Notes: a model not told the origin generated them from the sequence alone. 64,000 bases of DNA from Escherichia coli (GCF_013315695.1 NZ_CP054353.1); one strand, 5' to 3'. Shown: positions 15,675-26,760, counted from the first letter of the stretch. Made by a program: numbers and translations.

Positions 15675-16139
15675 TCATCGCAAATGATGCACCACCTGAT
15701 TGCTGCTGCCGCGCCAGATCAGGGAAGGGTCTTTTAAATCCTGCACAAATTTGCCGTCGACCAGCACGTTAATCAAATCAACAACCTGCATTTGCGCAGC
15801 GTTGAGTTCGTCGAGTTTATAGCCTGTCCACACCCAGATGTCTTTACCCGGACACTCGGCGCGGATGCGTTTTACCAGTTTCAGAATATCCGGCACGTTT
15901 TGCGGATGCAGCGGATCGCCGCCGGAGAGGGAAATCCCCTGGCGTTTGATACGAGTGTCATTCAGATCTTTAATGATCTTGTCTTCCATTGCTTTGGTAA
16001 ATGGCTGACCAGAATTTACCCGCCATGTGCTTTTGTTATAGCAACCGGGGCATTCATGAACACACCCGGAGACAAACAGGGTGCAGCGAGTGCCGGGGCC
16101 GTTGACGATGTCGACAGGATAGTACTGATGATAATTCAT
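15675..16139 (-). CDS. nrdG: Anaerobic ribonucleotide reductase activating protein (154 aa)
   Basis: Radical-SAM Cys cluster (CxxxCxxC region GCVHECPGCYN); downstream of nrdD. Confidence 0.95.
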   Translation of the reverse strand: MNYHQYYPVDIVNGPGTRCTLFVSGCVHECPGCYNKSTWRVNSGQPFTKAMEDKIIKDLNDTRIKRQGISLSGGDPLHPQNVPDILKLVKRIRAECPGKDIWVWTGYKLDELNAAQMQVVDLINVLVDGKFVQDLKDPSLIWRGSSNQVVHHLR

Positions 16140-16149
16140 TATTTCGCCT

Positions 16150-16290
<141 letters not shown>

Positions 16291-16296
16291 TGAAGA

Positions 16297-18435
16297 TTAA
16301 CCTATCTGCCCATTCCCCAAATGTTTAACGCGGCGCTTAACTTCTTCCTGCTTACCAGCGTTAAACGGACGTGCATCCGGGCTACCTAAATATCCGCACA
16401 CGCGGCGAGTTACCGACACACGGGAGGCGTCATGGTTACCACATTTCGGGCAAGTGAAGCCTTTGCTGGTGCACTCGAACTCACCGGTAAAGCCACACTC
16501 GTAGCACTCATCAATCGGTGTATTGGTGCCGTAATACGGTACATGCTGATAGCTGTAATCCCAGACATCTTCCAGCGCTTTCAGGTTGTGCTGAATGTTT
16601 GGATACTCGCCGTAGCAAATGAAACCACCGTTCGCCAGCGGCGGGTAAGGCGCTTCAAAGTCGATCTTGTCGTACGGGTTCACCTTCTTCTCCACATCAA
16701 GGTGGAAACTGTTGGTGTAGTAACCTTTATCGGTCACGCCCGGCACCACGCCAAACTCAGCAGTATCGAGACGGCAGAAGCGGTCGCACAGGTTTTCACT
16801 CGGCGTGCTGTAGAGACTGAAACCATAACCCGTTTCTTCTTTCCACTGATCCACTGCCTGACGCAGACGTTCAACAATGGCGATACCTTTCGCGCGAAGC
16901 TGCTCGTTGTCGTAAACATGCTCGCCGCCGAACAGCGCGTTAATGGTTTCGTGGATGCCGATGTAACCCAGCGAAATAGACGCACGACCGTTTTTGAAGA
17001 TTTCAGAAACATCATCGTCAGCATTCAGACGTACGCCACAAGCACCTTCCATATAGAGGATCGGGGCGACGCGCGCTTTCACGCCTTCGAGACGAGCGAT
17101 ACGGGTCATCAGTGCCTTACGTGCCAGCACCAGACGTTCATCCAGCAGCTTCCAGAAGGTGGCTTCATCGCCTTTTGCTTCCAGAGCAATACGCGGCAGG
17201 TTCAGGCTGATCACGCCGAGGTTGTTACGACCATCGTGGATCTGCTCGCCGTTTTCATTTTCCCACACGCCGAGGAAGCTGCGGCAGCCCATCGGGGTTT
17301 TAAACGAACCGGTGACTTTCACTACCTGATCGTAGTTCAGGATATCCGGATACATGCGCTTGCTTGCGCACTCCAGCGCCAGCTGTTTGATGTCGTAGTT
17401 CGGATCGCCTTTTTTATGGTTCAGGCCATCGCGAATCGCAAACACCAGTTTCGGGAACACCGCAGTTTTACGGTTTTTACCGAGGCCTGCGATACGGTTA
17501 CGCAGGATCGATTCCTGAATCAGGCGCGATTCCCAGCTGGTGCCCAGACCAAAACCAAAGGTTACAAACGGCGTCTGACCGTTGGCGGTGTGCAGGGTGT
17601 TTACTTCGTACTCCAGCGACTGGAAGGCATCGTAGCACTCTTTGATGGTACGAGAGTTAGCGTAGCCTTCGGCGTCCGGGATGTTCCACTCTTCTGCGGT
17701 CTTGCGATGTTTGTTGTAGCTGGCGGTAACAAACGGCGCCAGCACTTCATCGATACGGTTAATGGTGGTGCCGCCATAAATATGGCTGGCGACCTGAGCA
17801 ATAATCTGCGCAGTTACCGCGGTTGCCGTAGAGATCGACTTCGGCGGTTCAATCTCGGCGTTCCCCATTTTAAAGCCCTGGGTCAGCATGCCTTTCAGGT
17901 CGATCAACATGCAGTTGAACATCGGGAAGAACGGCGAGTAATCGAGATCGTGATAGTGAATATCGCCACGCTCATGTGCCTGCACCACGTCACGCGGCAG
18001 CAGGTGCTGGCGTGCATAGTGTTTAGCCACGATCCCGGCCAGCAGGTCGCGCTGGGTTGGAATCACCTTGCTGTCTTTGTTGGCGTTTTCGTTGAGTAAC
18101 GAGGCGTTGGTCTGCTCGACCAGACCACGGATCTCCTGGTTCAGGCGACCGCGTTTTTCACGTTCAATGTCGCGATCGTGACGGTACTCGATGTAAGCAC
18201 GAGCCAGTTGTTTGTATGGACCCGACATCAGCTGGTTTTCAACTGCGGTCTGGATCTCGTTGATATCCACCTGGTTGCGGCCCTGCATCTGCTCGCTGAC
18301 AACCGCGGCAACAGTGGCGCAATAATCGGCATCATCGACTTCCGCTGCTTTAGCTGCACGCAGAATCGCTTCTTTGATGCGCTCTGATTTAAACGGCACT
18401 TTGCAGCCGTCTCGTTTCATCACATGCGGTGTCAT
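16297..18435 (-). CDS. nrdD: Anaerobic ribonucleoside-triphosphate reductase (712 aa)
   Basis: C-terminal glycyl-radical motif (RVCGYLG) and Zn-ribbon cysteines; length. Confidence 0.96.
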   Translation of the reverse strand: MTPHVMKRDGCKVPFKSERIKEAILRAAKAAEVDDADYCATVAAVVSEQMQGRNQVDINEIQTAVENQLMSGPYKQLARAYIEYRHDRDIEREKRGRLNQEIRGLVEQTNASLLNENANKDSKVIPTQRDLLAGIVAKHYARQHLLPRDVVQAHERGDIHYHDLDYSPFFPMFNCMLIDLKGMLTQGFKMGNAEIEPPKSISTATAVTAQIIAQVASHIYGGTTINRIDEVLAPFVTASYNKHRKTAEEWNIPDAEGYANSRTIKECYDAFQSLEYEVNTLHTANGQTPFVTFGFGLGTSWESRLIQESILRNRIAGLGKNRKTAVFPKLVFAIRDGLNHKKGDPNYDIKQLALECASKRMYPDILNYDQVVKVTGSFKTPMGCRSFLGVWENENGEQIHDGRNNLGVISLNLPRIALEAKGDEATFWKLLDERLVLARKALMTRIARLEGVKARVAPILYMEGACGVRLNADDDVSEIFKNGRASISLGYIGIHETINALFGGEHVYDNEQLRAKGIAIVERLRQAVDQWKEETGYGFSLYSTPSENLCDRFCRLDTAEFGVVPGVTDKGYYTNSFHLDVEKKVNPYDKIDFEAPYPPLANGGFICYGEYPNIQHNLKALEDVWDYSYQHVPYYGTNTPIDECYECGFTGEFECTSKGFTCPKCGNHDASRVSVTRRVCGYLGSPDARPFNAGKQEEVKRRVKHLGNGQIG

Positions 18436-18670
18436 GATCGCTCCATATTTTTAAGAACAGGTTATCCACAGAAATTGGGAAAGGCGTTTTCCGGTTTTTT
18501 CGTTTCGTTTTCCGGTGCTTTCCGCAATCGCCATCCGCTTATCCACAACGCCGCACCTTTTTCGTGGGGAGCTGTAGTAGCAATTATAGTCGATTAATAC
18601 AACATATTGGGTTGGGACGCATTTTAAAGTCTATATATAGTGCTTTGCATCAAGGATGTTTTAACTTTTT

Positions 18671-18684
18671 TTGATGTAGCTCAA
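18671..18684 (-). promoter_or_regulatory. Candidate FNR-type site upstream of nrdD
   Basis: TTGAT-gtag-CTCAA, 9/10 match to TTGAT-N4-ATCAA; nrdDG is known to be FNR-activated. Confidence 0.3.
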
Positions 18685-18828
18685 AGTAAAAAGCAGAGCG
18701 TACGGATGACGGGCGCTACAGCGTTATGTAAATTTTTTAATGAATTTGCTGGTTGAAAAATCAACAAAAACAACATGCTGACAGACAAAACCCCGGAATG
18801 ACCGGCATTACCGGGGCTTAGGGAAGAT

Positions 18829-20484
18829 TTACTTCTGTAACCACCAGACAGCCTCAAAAGGCCGTAAATTCATGGCACAGGGTTGTGGTGAGGCTTCTTC
18901 GTAGTTATGCATCACAAGCTGCCAGTTGCCGCGCATTTGCCCTGGCTGCCAGGGTTGGATCTCACGGCTAAGGTTGGCAATGACCAGCAAGGTTTGCCCC
19001 TTCCATTCACGGCGATAGCACCACAATACAGGGCTGTTTGGCAGCAGATCCTGGTAATTGCCCCATGTCAGGATGGCTTCTTGCTTACGCAGTGCGATTA
19101 ACTTTTGGTAGGTGTAAAACACCGAGGAGTCATCGGCCAGCGCGGCTTCTACGTTGATTTGTTGATAGTTATCGCCCAGGCCAATCCACGGTTCGCCAGC
19201 CGTAAACCCGGCATTATCGCCGTTGCTCCATTGCATGGGCGTGCGACTGTTGTCACGGGATTTACTGGCGAGGATTGCCAATAACTCGTCGGCATCACGC
19301 CCATCGTTGCGCAGCTCGGCAAACATATTGAGGCTCTCCACGTCGCGATAGTCAGTAATGCGCGTGAAATGCGGGTTGGTCATGCCAATCTCTTCGCCCT
19401 GGTAGATATACGGCGTTCCCTGCATGCCATGCAGCACCATCGCCAGCATTTTTGCCGCAGGCACGCGGTATTCACCTTCATCACCAAAGCGAGAAACAAT
19501 GCGCGGCTGATCGTGGTTACACCAGAACAAGGCATTCCATGCTACGTTGTGCATTCCTTGTTGCCAGTGGCGGAACAATGTTTTCAACGCCACAAAGTCA
19601 GGTTTAGCCAGCGTCCATTTTTCACCACCGGGATAATCGACCTTCAGGTGATGAAAATTAAAGGTCATCGATAATTCACTGCCTGTCAGTGCCGCGTATC
19701 GCTGGCAATGCTCAAGGCTGGTGGAGGACATTTCACCTACGGTCATTAACCCGCGTGGCGTAAACACATCGCGGTTCATCTCGTGCAAAAACTCGTGTGC
19801 TCGTGGCCCGTCGGTGTAGAAGCGACGCCCGTCGCCGTCCAGGTCTTCAGGGAAACGCGGGTCTTTGGAGATCAGATTCACCACATCCAGGCGCAACCCG
19901 TCGACCCCACGATCGGCCCAGAACTCACAGACTTTTTTCAGCTCTGCGCGTACCGCTGGATTCTCCCAGTTGAGATCCGCCTGTTCTGGTGCAAAGAGAT
20001 GCAAATAGTACTGTTCGCTTTCCGCATGCCAGCGCCACGCACTACCGCCAAATTTTGAACGCCAGTTGTTCGGTGGCGTTTCTGGTTCGCCATCGCGCCA
20101 GATATAAAACTGGCGGTAAGGGCTTTCTTTGTTCAGCGCCTCGCGAAACCAGGCATGTTGGGTAGAGGTATGGTTAAACACCATATCGAGAATGATACGA
20201 ATCCCGCGCGATTTTGCCTGCGTCACCAGTTCGTCAAAATCGTCCAGCGTGCCGTAGGTGGGATCAATCGCCGTATAGTTCGCTACATCGTAACCGTTAT
20301 CGACCTGCGGAGAGACATAAAAGGGGGTTAGCCAGATGGCATCAACGCCCAGTTTATGCAGATAGTCCAGGCGTTGGATAACGCCACGTAAATCGCCGGT
20401 GCCGCTACCCGTGGTGTCCTGAAAACTCTTTGGATAAATCTGGTAGATAACGCCGTTTTGCCACCAGTGGGGAAGATTAGTCAT
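18829..20484 (-). CDS. treC: Trehalose-6-phosphate hydrolase (551 aa)
   Basis: Alpha-amylase family ORF starting MTNLPHWWQNGVIYQIYPKSF; the 600-aa ORF is an upstream extension. Confidence 0.95.
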   Translation of the reverse strand: MTNLPHWWQNGVIYQIYPKSFQDTTGSGTGDLRGVIQRLDYLHKLGVDAIWLTPFYVSPQVDNGYDVANYTAIDPTYGTLDDFDELVTQAKSRGIRIILDMVFNHTSTQHAWFREALNKESPYRQFYIWRDGEPETPPNNWRSKFGGSAWRWHAESEQYYLHLFAPEQADLNWENPAVRAELKKVCEFWADRGVDGLRLDVVNLISKDPRFPEDLDGDGRRFYTDGPRAHEFLHEMNRDVFTPRGLMTVGEMSSTSLEHCQRYAALTGSELSMTFNFHHLKVDYPGGEKWTLAKPDFVALKTLFRHWQQGMHNVAWNALFWCNHDQPRIVSRFGDEGEYRVPAAKMLAMVLHGMQGTPYIYQGEEIGMTNPHFTRITDYRDVESLNMFAELRNDGRDADELLAILASKSRDNSRTPMQWSNGDNAGFTAGEPWIGLGDNYQQINVEAALADDSSVFYTYQKLIALRKQEAILTWGNYQDLLPNSPVLWCYRREWKGQTLLVIANLSREIQPWQPGQMRGNWQLVMHNYEEASPQPCAMNLRPFEAVWWLQK

Positions 20485-20533
20485 TACGTTATTCCTGCAA
20501 ATGCGAGGGGGCGCAATTGCGCCCCGAAGAAAA

Positions 20534-21955
20534 TTAAACAATGTCCAGCGTGCCCAGGCGGTATTTCCGCTGATAGATAAACGAGGTGAGTACAATCGGG
20601 ATGATGATGGCGATAGCCATTGCCAGCGCAAACACCTGCCAGTAGCTCGGTTGAATCGAGAGAATTCCCGGCAGGCCGCCTACGCCGATGCCATTCGCCA
20701 TAACGCCGTTCAGGCCACATAGCAATCCTGCCAGACCAGAACCAATCATCGCGCACAGCATCGGGAAGCGATATTTCAGGTTGATGCCGTACATTGCAGG
20801 CTCAGTGACCCCAAGCCAGGCGGAGATAGCGGCAGGAACGGAGATCTCGCGTTCATTGTGCTTGCGGCTGGAAATGATAATGCCTATCACGGCGGAGCCC
20901 TGAGCGATATTCGACAGCGCAATCAGCGGCCACACTGGCGTACCACCCATGCTTTGAATCATCTGCAAATCAATAGCAAGCGTGGTCTGGTGTACCCCGG
21001 TGATCACCAGCGGGGCGTACAGGAAGCCAAACAATGCCGCGCCAATCGGAGCAAAGCTGCCGGTCATCAGGTGACGTACCGCAAAGGCAACGCCATCGCC
21101 AATCATGCGACCAAACGGACCAATCAGCGCATGGGCGAGGAACACCGCGAGGATCAGCGAACAGACGGGCACCACCACCAGATAGAGGTAATCTGGCACG
21201 ATGCGTTTAAGGCGAGTTTCAATAACGCCCAGCGCCAGCCCGGCTAACAGTGCCGGGATCACCTGCGCCTGATAGCCCACTTTGGCGATGCTGAACATGC
21301 CAAAGTCCCACACTTCCGGCAGCTGCTGCCCGAGCAGATAAGCGTTCATCAGCTGGGGGGAAACCAGTGTCACGCCAAGTACGATACCAAGGATCGGCGT
21401 GCCGCCCATTTTTTTCACCGCCGACCAGCAAATCCCGACCGGCAGGTAGAAGAAGATCGCTTCACCGATCAACCACAGAAAATCGTAGATCGTTTGCAGG
21501 GAAGGGTACATTTGCGCCAGCGTTTGACCGTTGCTCATGGGCAAATCGCCGATCACATTGCGAAAACCGAGGATCAAACCGCCGCTAATCAACGCGGGCA
21601 GCAACGGGAAGAAGATCTCCGCGAAATGAGAGATCAACTGCTCATGCCATTTCATATTCTGCCGGGCGGCTTTTTTTACCTGCTCTTTATCAACCTGCGC
21701 CTGTCCGGTTGACGCTATCAGTGCTTGATAGTAATCACCCACGTTGGTGCCAATCACCACCTGAAATTGCCCGGCATTGGTGAAACAGCCTTTCACCATG
21801 GGGAGTTGCTCAATTTCTTTCGGTCTGGCATTGGCCGGTTGGTTGAGGACAAAGCGCAGGCGAGTAATACAGTAGCTCACCGTCGCAATATTGCCGCGCC
21901 CGCCGACCAGTTCAATCAACCGATCGATATCCGTTTGGTTTATTTTGCTCATCAT
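20534..21955 (-). CDS. treB: PTS trehalose-specific EIIBC component (473 aa)
   Basis: N-terminal EIIB cysteine motif (CITRLR) and polytopic EIIC domain; upstream of treC. Confidence 0.95.
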   Translation of the reverse strand: MMSKINQTDIDRLIELVGGRGNIATVSYCITRLRFVLNQPANARPKEIEQLPMVKGCFTNAGQFQVVIGTNVGDYYQALIASTGQAQVDKEQVKKAARQNMKWHEQLISHFAEIFFPLLPALISGGLILGFRNVIGDLPMSNGQTLAQMYPSLQTIYDFLWLIGEAIFFYLPVGICWSAVKKMGGTPILGIVLGVTLVSPQLMNAYLLGQQLPEVWDFGMFSIAKVGYQAQVIPALLAGLALGVIETRLKRIVPDYLYLVVVPVCSLILAVFLAHALIGPFGRMIGDGVAFAVRHLMTGSFAPIGAALFGFLYAPLVITGVHQTTLAIDLQMIQSMGGTPVWPLIALSNIAQGSAVIGIIISSRKHNEREISVPAAISAWLGVTEPAMYGINLKYRFPMLCAMIGSGLAGLLCGLNGVMANGIGVGGLPGILSIQPSYWQVFALAMAIAIIIPIVLTSFIYQRKYRLGTLDIV

Positions 21956-22073
21956 AAAGCCCCATGGCAGATGACATTTTTGGTTGGCTGCAGAATATAT
22001 TGCGCGGAAAAATTTAAAAACGGGAACGTTCCCGAAACGCAGCGAAGATCACAATTTATCGTTCAGGAAACGA

Positions 22074-23021
22074 TCAGGACAGGGTGGCGGGGATGATGAT
22101 TTGTTGCGGTTCGCTGCGTCCGGTTACCTGCGCGATCAACTGGTAGGCCGCCTGGCGTCCAGCTTCGGCGTAACCAGGATCTACGGTGACGATCTCCGGA
22201 TGAAGGAATTTCATTAATGGCGTATTACCGACGCTCGCCAGTTGCAAGGTGTCGATGCGTTGCTCTTGCAGGTATTTACTTGCGCCAAGTGCCAGCGTGT
22301 CGGTTGCGCACAGTAAGGCGGTAGTTTCAGGCGTAATCACTTTTACTACGTTCTCATAGCCTTGCTTCATAGCAAGGCCTGGCAGGGCGGCAACGGGATG
22401 CAGTTTATGCGCTTTGCAGAACGCCAGGTAGGCTTCGTGACGTCGCTTCCCGGTCGTCACGTCACTATGCGGCACGCCGAGATAACTGATATTGCGATGC
22501 CCCTGGTCATACAGCCGTTGCATCAGGATCTTGATTGCCCCTTCGTCGTCATAACAGACCGAAGCAAAGCCTTTTGCGTCACGCGCCAGCAGAACCAGCG
22601 ATGACTGCCAGTGGGCTAACATTTCTTCTGTTATGCCGGTAAAACCGAACAGCACTACGCCGTCGATATTACGCCGTTTCAGCACCCCCAAATGTTCGGC
22701 AACTAATTGCGGGGAAAACTGACTTTCCATCATGATTGGATCGTAACCTTGTTCATAGAACGCTGGCAGCATGGTTTGAACGGCGAGATTTTCTGACAAC
22801 GAATCCAGACGGGTGACAATGATGGCGACCACTTTATCGCTTTGCCCACGCATAGCGCGTGCAGAACGGGAAGGGGAAAATCCATGCTGATTCATCACTG
22901 CTTCAACACGCTCGCGCGTGCGCTGGCTCACGCCGCTTTCGTTATTCAGCACCCGGGAAACCGTAGATTTCCCCACGCCGCTTAAGCGCGCGATGTCTTT
23001 GATGGTCAGCCGATTTTGCAT
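22074..23021 (-). CDS. treR: Trehalose operon repressor, LacI family (315 aa)
   Basis: N-terminal HTH (LTIKDIARLSGVGKSTVSRVLNN) plus periplasmic-binding-like domain. Confidence 0.95.
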   Translation of the reverse strand: MQNRLTIKDIARLSGVGKSTVSRVLNNESGVSQRTRERVEAVMNQHGFSPSRSARAMRGQSDKVVAIIVTRLDSLSENLAVQTMLPAFYEQGYDPIMMESQFSPQLVAEHLGVLKRRNIDGVVLFGFTGITEEMLAHWQSSLVLLARDAKGFASVCYDDEGAIKILMQRLYDQGHRNISYLGVPHSDVTTGKRRHEAYLAFCKAHKLHPVAALPGLAMKQGYENVVKVITPETTALLCATDTLALGASKYLQEQRIDTLQLASVGNTPLMKFLHPEIVTVDPGYAEAGRQAAYQLIAQVTGRSEPQQIIIPATLS

Positions 23022-23094
23022 CCTGTTGTCCCGTAACGTGTTGTTTAATTATTTGAGGCTAACTTTACCCGTGCATTCAGCAATGGGTAAAGTC

Positions 23095-23112
23095 TGGTTT
23101 ATCGTTGGTTTA
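23095..23112 (+). promoter_or_regulatory. PhoP box upstream of mgtA
   Basis: Direct repeat tGGTTTA-tcgtt-GGTTTA matching the (T/G)GTTTA-N5-(T/G)GTTTA PhoP consensus. Confidence 0.6.
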
Positions 23113-23205
23113 GTTGCCAGCAGGTATTATATCGCCATAAATGCTACGAATATTATTGGATTCTCCTTATTATTTGCGGCGCTTTTTTCACTTACCGGAG
23201 GTTAT

Positions 23206-23259
23206 ATGGAACCTGATCCCACGCCTCTCCCTCGACGGAGATTAAAACTTTTCCGGTAA
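23206..23259 (+). CDS. mgtL: mgtA leader peptide MgtL (17 aa, proline-rich)
   Basis: ATG at 23206 encodes [17 protein letters not shown]; lies in the mgtA 5' leader. Confidence 0.85.
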
Positions 23260-23399
23260 GCCCGTCTTTTCACGGCGTTACCGGATGCGTAAGGCCGTGA
23301 CGTTTTAACGTCCCTGCTCAGCTTTATTACCTTCAGGTAAGGCTTCGCCACGCCTGAAGACATTTCTGTACTGTTTCAGACAGTGCGGAGGGACTCCTT

Positions 23400-26096
23400 A
23401 TGTTTAAAGAAATTTTTACCCGGCTCACTCGCCATTTACCTTCCCGTCTGGTTCATCGTGATCCATTGCCTGGCGTGCAGCAGACAGTGAATACGGTGGT
23501 CCCGCCGTCCTTAAGTGCGCAATGCCTGAAAATGGCGGTGATGCCCGAAGAAGAATTGTGGAAAACGTTCGACACCCATCCGGAAGGGTTACATCAGGCG
23601 GAAGTGGAATCTGCCCGCGAACAACATGGTGAAAATAAATTACCCGCACAACAACCGTCGCCGTGGTGGGTACATTTATGGGTCTGCTATCGCAACCCCT
23701 TTAATATTTTACTCACCATTCTCGGCGCTATTTCTTACGCCACGGAAGATTTATTTGCCGCGGGCGTTATCGCGCTAATGGTCGCTATTTCAACGTTGCT
23801 GAACTTTATTCAGGAAGCACGTTCCACTAAAGCGGCAGATGCCCTGAAAGCGATGGTCAGCAATACCGCGACGGTGCTGCGCGTAATTAACGACAAAGGC
23901 GAAAATGGCTGGCTGGAGATCCCGATCGACCAGCTGGTGCCCGGCGATATTATAAAACTGGCGGCGGGAGATATGATCCCGGCAGATTTACGTATCTTGC
24001 AGGCGCGGGATCTGTTCGTCGCTCAGGCGTCGTTAACCGGTGAGTCTCTGCCCGTGGAAAAAGCCGCTACCACTCGCCAGCCGGAGCACAGCAATCCGCT
24101 GGAGTGCGACACGCTGTGTTTTATGGGCACCACCGTGGTGAGCGGCACGGCACAAGCAATGGTGATTGCTACAGGTGCCAATACCTGGTTTGGTCAACTG
24201 GCGGGGCGTGTTAGTGAGCAGGAAAGCGAGCCGAATGCCTTTCAGCAAGGGATCAGCCGCGTCAGTATGCTGCTGATTCGCTTTATGCTGGTGATGGCAC
24301 CGGTGGTGCTGTTAATCAATGGCTACACCAAAGGCGACTGGTGGGAAGCGGCGCTGTTTGCGCTTTCGGTCGCGGTAGGCCTAACGCCGGAAATGTTGCC
24401 GATGATTGTTACCTCGACGCTGGCGCGCGGCGCAGTAAAGCTGTCGAAACAGAAAGTGATCGTCAAACATCTGGATGCTATTCAGAACTTTGGCGCAATG
24501 GATATTCTGTGCACTGATAAAACCGGCACCCTGACACAGGATAAAATTGTGCTGGAGAATCATACCGATATCTCCGGTAAAACCAGCGAACGCGTGCTGC
24601 ATAGCGCGTGGTTGAACAGTCATTACCAGACCGGGCTTAAAAACCTGCTCGATACAGCGGTGCTCGAAGGTACGGATGAAGAGTCAGCGCGCTCGCTGGC
24701 CAGTCGTTGGCAAAAAATCGATGAGATTCCGTTTGATTTCGAGCGTCGCCGGATGTCGGTGGTAGTGGCAGAAAATACCGAGCACCATCAGCTGGTTTGC
24801 AAAGGTGCATTGCAGGAAATCCTCAATGTGTGTTCGCAGGTGCGTCACAATGGCGAGATTGTGCCGCTCGATGACATCATGCTGCGTAAGATTAAGCGGG
24901 TTACTGATACGCTGAATCGTCAGGGGCTGCGCGTGGTTGCGGTGGCGACGAAATACCTGCCAGCGCGTGAAGGAGATTACCAGCGGGCGGATGAATCCGA
25001 CCTGATCCTCGAAGGATATATTGCTTTCCTTGATCCGCCAAAAGAGACAACCGCTCCGGCACTGAAGGCATTAAAAGCGAGTGGAATTACCGTAAAAATC
25101 CTTACTGGCGACAGTGAGTTAGTTGCAGCGAAAGTGTGCCATGAAGTGGGGCTGGACGCGGGAGAGGTGGTCATTGGTAGTGATATTGAAACGCTATCTG
25201 ACGACGAACTGGCAAATCTTGCACAGCGCACCACGCTGTTTGCCCGCCTGACGCCGATGCATAAAGAACGCATTGTGACCTTACTGAAGCGCGAAGGGCA
25301 TGTGGTTGGCTTTATGGGCGATGGTATTAATGATGCGCCCGCCTTACGCGCTGCGGATATCGGCATTTCTGTGGACGGCGCGGTAGATATTGCCCGTGAA
25401 GCGGCTGATATCATCCTGCTGGAAAAAAGCCTGATGGTGCTGGAAGAGGGGGTTATTGAGGGACGTCGCACTTTCGCCAACATGCTGAAATACATCAAAA
25501 TGACGGCGAGTTCTAACTTCGGTAATGTGTTCAGCGTGCTGGTGGCGAGTGCTTTCTTGCCCTTCCTGCCGATGTTGCCGTTACATTTGCTTATTCAGAA
25601 CCTGCTGTACGATGTGTCACAGGTGGCGATCCCGTTTGATAACGTCGACGACGAGCAAATTCAAAAGCCGCAGCGTTGGAATCCGGCGGATCTGGGGCGC
25701 TTTATGATCTTCTTCGGACCGATCAGCTCGATCTTCGATATTCTGACGTTTTGCCTGATGTGGTGGGTATTCCATGCCAACACGCCGGAAACACAAACGC
25801 TGTTCCAGTCGGGATGGTTTGTGGTGGGCTTACTGTCGCAAACGCTGATTGTGCATATGATCCGCACCCGCCGTGTGCCGTTTATTCAGAGCTGTGCATC
25901 GTGGCCGTTAATGATCATGACCGTGATCGTGATGATTGTCGGGATCGCATTGCCGTTTTCACCGCTGGCCAGTTATCTGCAATTACAGGCGCTGCCGTTA
26001 AGCTATTTCCCGTGGCTGGTTGCGATTCTGGCAGGGTATATGACATTAACCCAGTTGGTGAAAGGGTTCTATAGCCGTCGTTACGGCTGGCAGTAA
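23400..26096 (+). CDS. mgtA: Magnesium-transporting P-type ATPase (898 aa)
   Basis: P-type ATPase motifs DKTGTLT and GDGINDAPAL. Confidence 0.97.
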   Translation: MFKEIFTRLTRHLPSRLVHRDPLPGVQQTVNTVVPPSLSAQCLKMAVMPEEELWKTFDTHPEGLHQAEVESAREQHGENKLPAQQPSPWWVHLWVCYRNPFNILLTILGAISYATEDLFAAGVIALMVAISTLLNFIQEARSTKAADALKAMVSNTATVLRVINDKGENGWLEIPIDQLVPGDIIKLAAGDMIPADLRILQARDLFVAQASLTGESLPVEKAATTRQPEHSNPLECDTLCFMGTTVVSGTAQAMVIATGANTWFGQLAGRVSEQESEPNAFQQGISRVSMLLIRFMLVMAPVVLLINGYTKGDWWEAALFALSVAVGLTPEMLPMIVTSTLARGAVKLSKQKVIVKHLDAIQNFGAMDILCTDKTGTLTQDKIVLENHTDISGKTSERVLHSAWLNSHYQTGLKNLLDTAVLEGTDEESARSLASRWQKIDEIPFDFERRRMSVVVAENTEHHQLVCKGALQEILNVCSQVRHNGEIVPLDDIMLRKIKRVTDTLNRQGLRVVAVATKYLPAREGDYQRADESDLILEGYIAFLDPPKETTAPALKALKASGITVKILTGDSELVAAKVCHEVGLDAGEVVIGSDIETLSDDELANLAQRTTLFARLTPMHKERIVTLLKREGHVVGFMGDGINDAPALRAADIGISVDGAVDIAREAADIILLEKSLMVLEEGVIEGRRTFANMLKYIKMTASSNFGNVFSVLVASAFLPFLPMLPLHLLIQNLLYDVSQVAIPFDNVDDEQIQKPQRWNPADLGRFMIFFGPISSIFDILTFCLMWWVFHANTPETQTLFQSGWFVVGLLSQTLIVHMIRTRRVPFIQSCASWPLMIMTVIVMIVGIALPFSPLASYLQLQALPLSYFPWLVAILAGYMTLTQLVKGFYSRRYGWQ

Positions 26097-26100
26097 AGAA

Positions 26101-26300
26101 TAAACTGGGCATGGTGGCCCGGATTCAGATTGCAGACAAAGTGAGTTTTGTTCATGCCGGATGCGGCGTAAACGCCTAATCCGGTCTACAAATTCAATAA
26201 ATTGCAGGAATCACGTAGGCCTGATAAGCGTAGCGCATCAGGCGATTTTGCGTTTGTCATCAGACTTAATCCGGGCATGATAGCCCGGATTTCCATCAAG
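26101..26300. repeat. REP/BIME-like palindromic elements
   Basis: gccggatgcggcgtaaacgcctaatccgg and gtaggcctgataagcgtagcgcatcaggc units plus cccggat inverted repeats. Confidence 0.7.
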
Positions 26301-26301
26301 A

Positions 26302-26688
26302 TTAGCGACGAACAGCGATCGCTTCGATCTCAATCTTCACGTCTTTCGGCAGACGGGCAACTTCAACGCAAGAACGTGCCGGGAAGGTGGCGTTGTGTTC
26401 GGTGAAGAAGGCTTCGTAGGTAGCATTAACGGTTGCGAAGTCGTTCAGATCTTTTACAAACACGGTAGTTTTAACGATGTCGCCCACTTTCAGACCAGCG
26501 GCTTCGACGATCGCTTTTACGTTATCCAGCGACTGACGTGCCTGTGCAGCGACGTCTGCCGGTACTTCGCCCGTTTTCGGATTTACCGGGATCTGACCGG
26601 AGGTGATGATCATATTGCCCAGATCAACGCCCTGTACGTAAGGGCCGATAGCTGCCGGTGCATTTTCCGTCGCGATAGTTTTGCTCAT
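26302..26688 (-). CDS. ridA: Enamine/imine deaminase RidA (128 aa)
   Basis: Starts MSKTIATENAPAAIGPYVQG; YjgF/RidA family. Confidence 0.95.
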   Translation of the reverse strand: MSKTIATENAPAAIGPYVQGVDLGNMIITSGQIPVNPKTGEVPADVAAQARQSLDNVKAIVEAAGLKVGDIVKTTVFVKDLNDFATVNATYEAFFTEHNATFPARSCVEVARLPKDVKIEIEAIAVRR

Positions 26689-26760
26689 GATTTCTCCTTT
26701 ATTACAGCGGTAAAAAGTCTGGCTCATTATAGGGAGCCAGACTTTTATTACCAACCGCAA

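Noticed and set aside
16432-18099. 555-aa ORF on the plus strand inside nrdD
   Set aside because: Antisense to nrdD, which has clear glycyl-radical enzyme motifs; no independent support.
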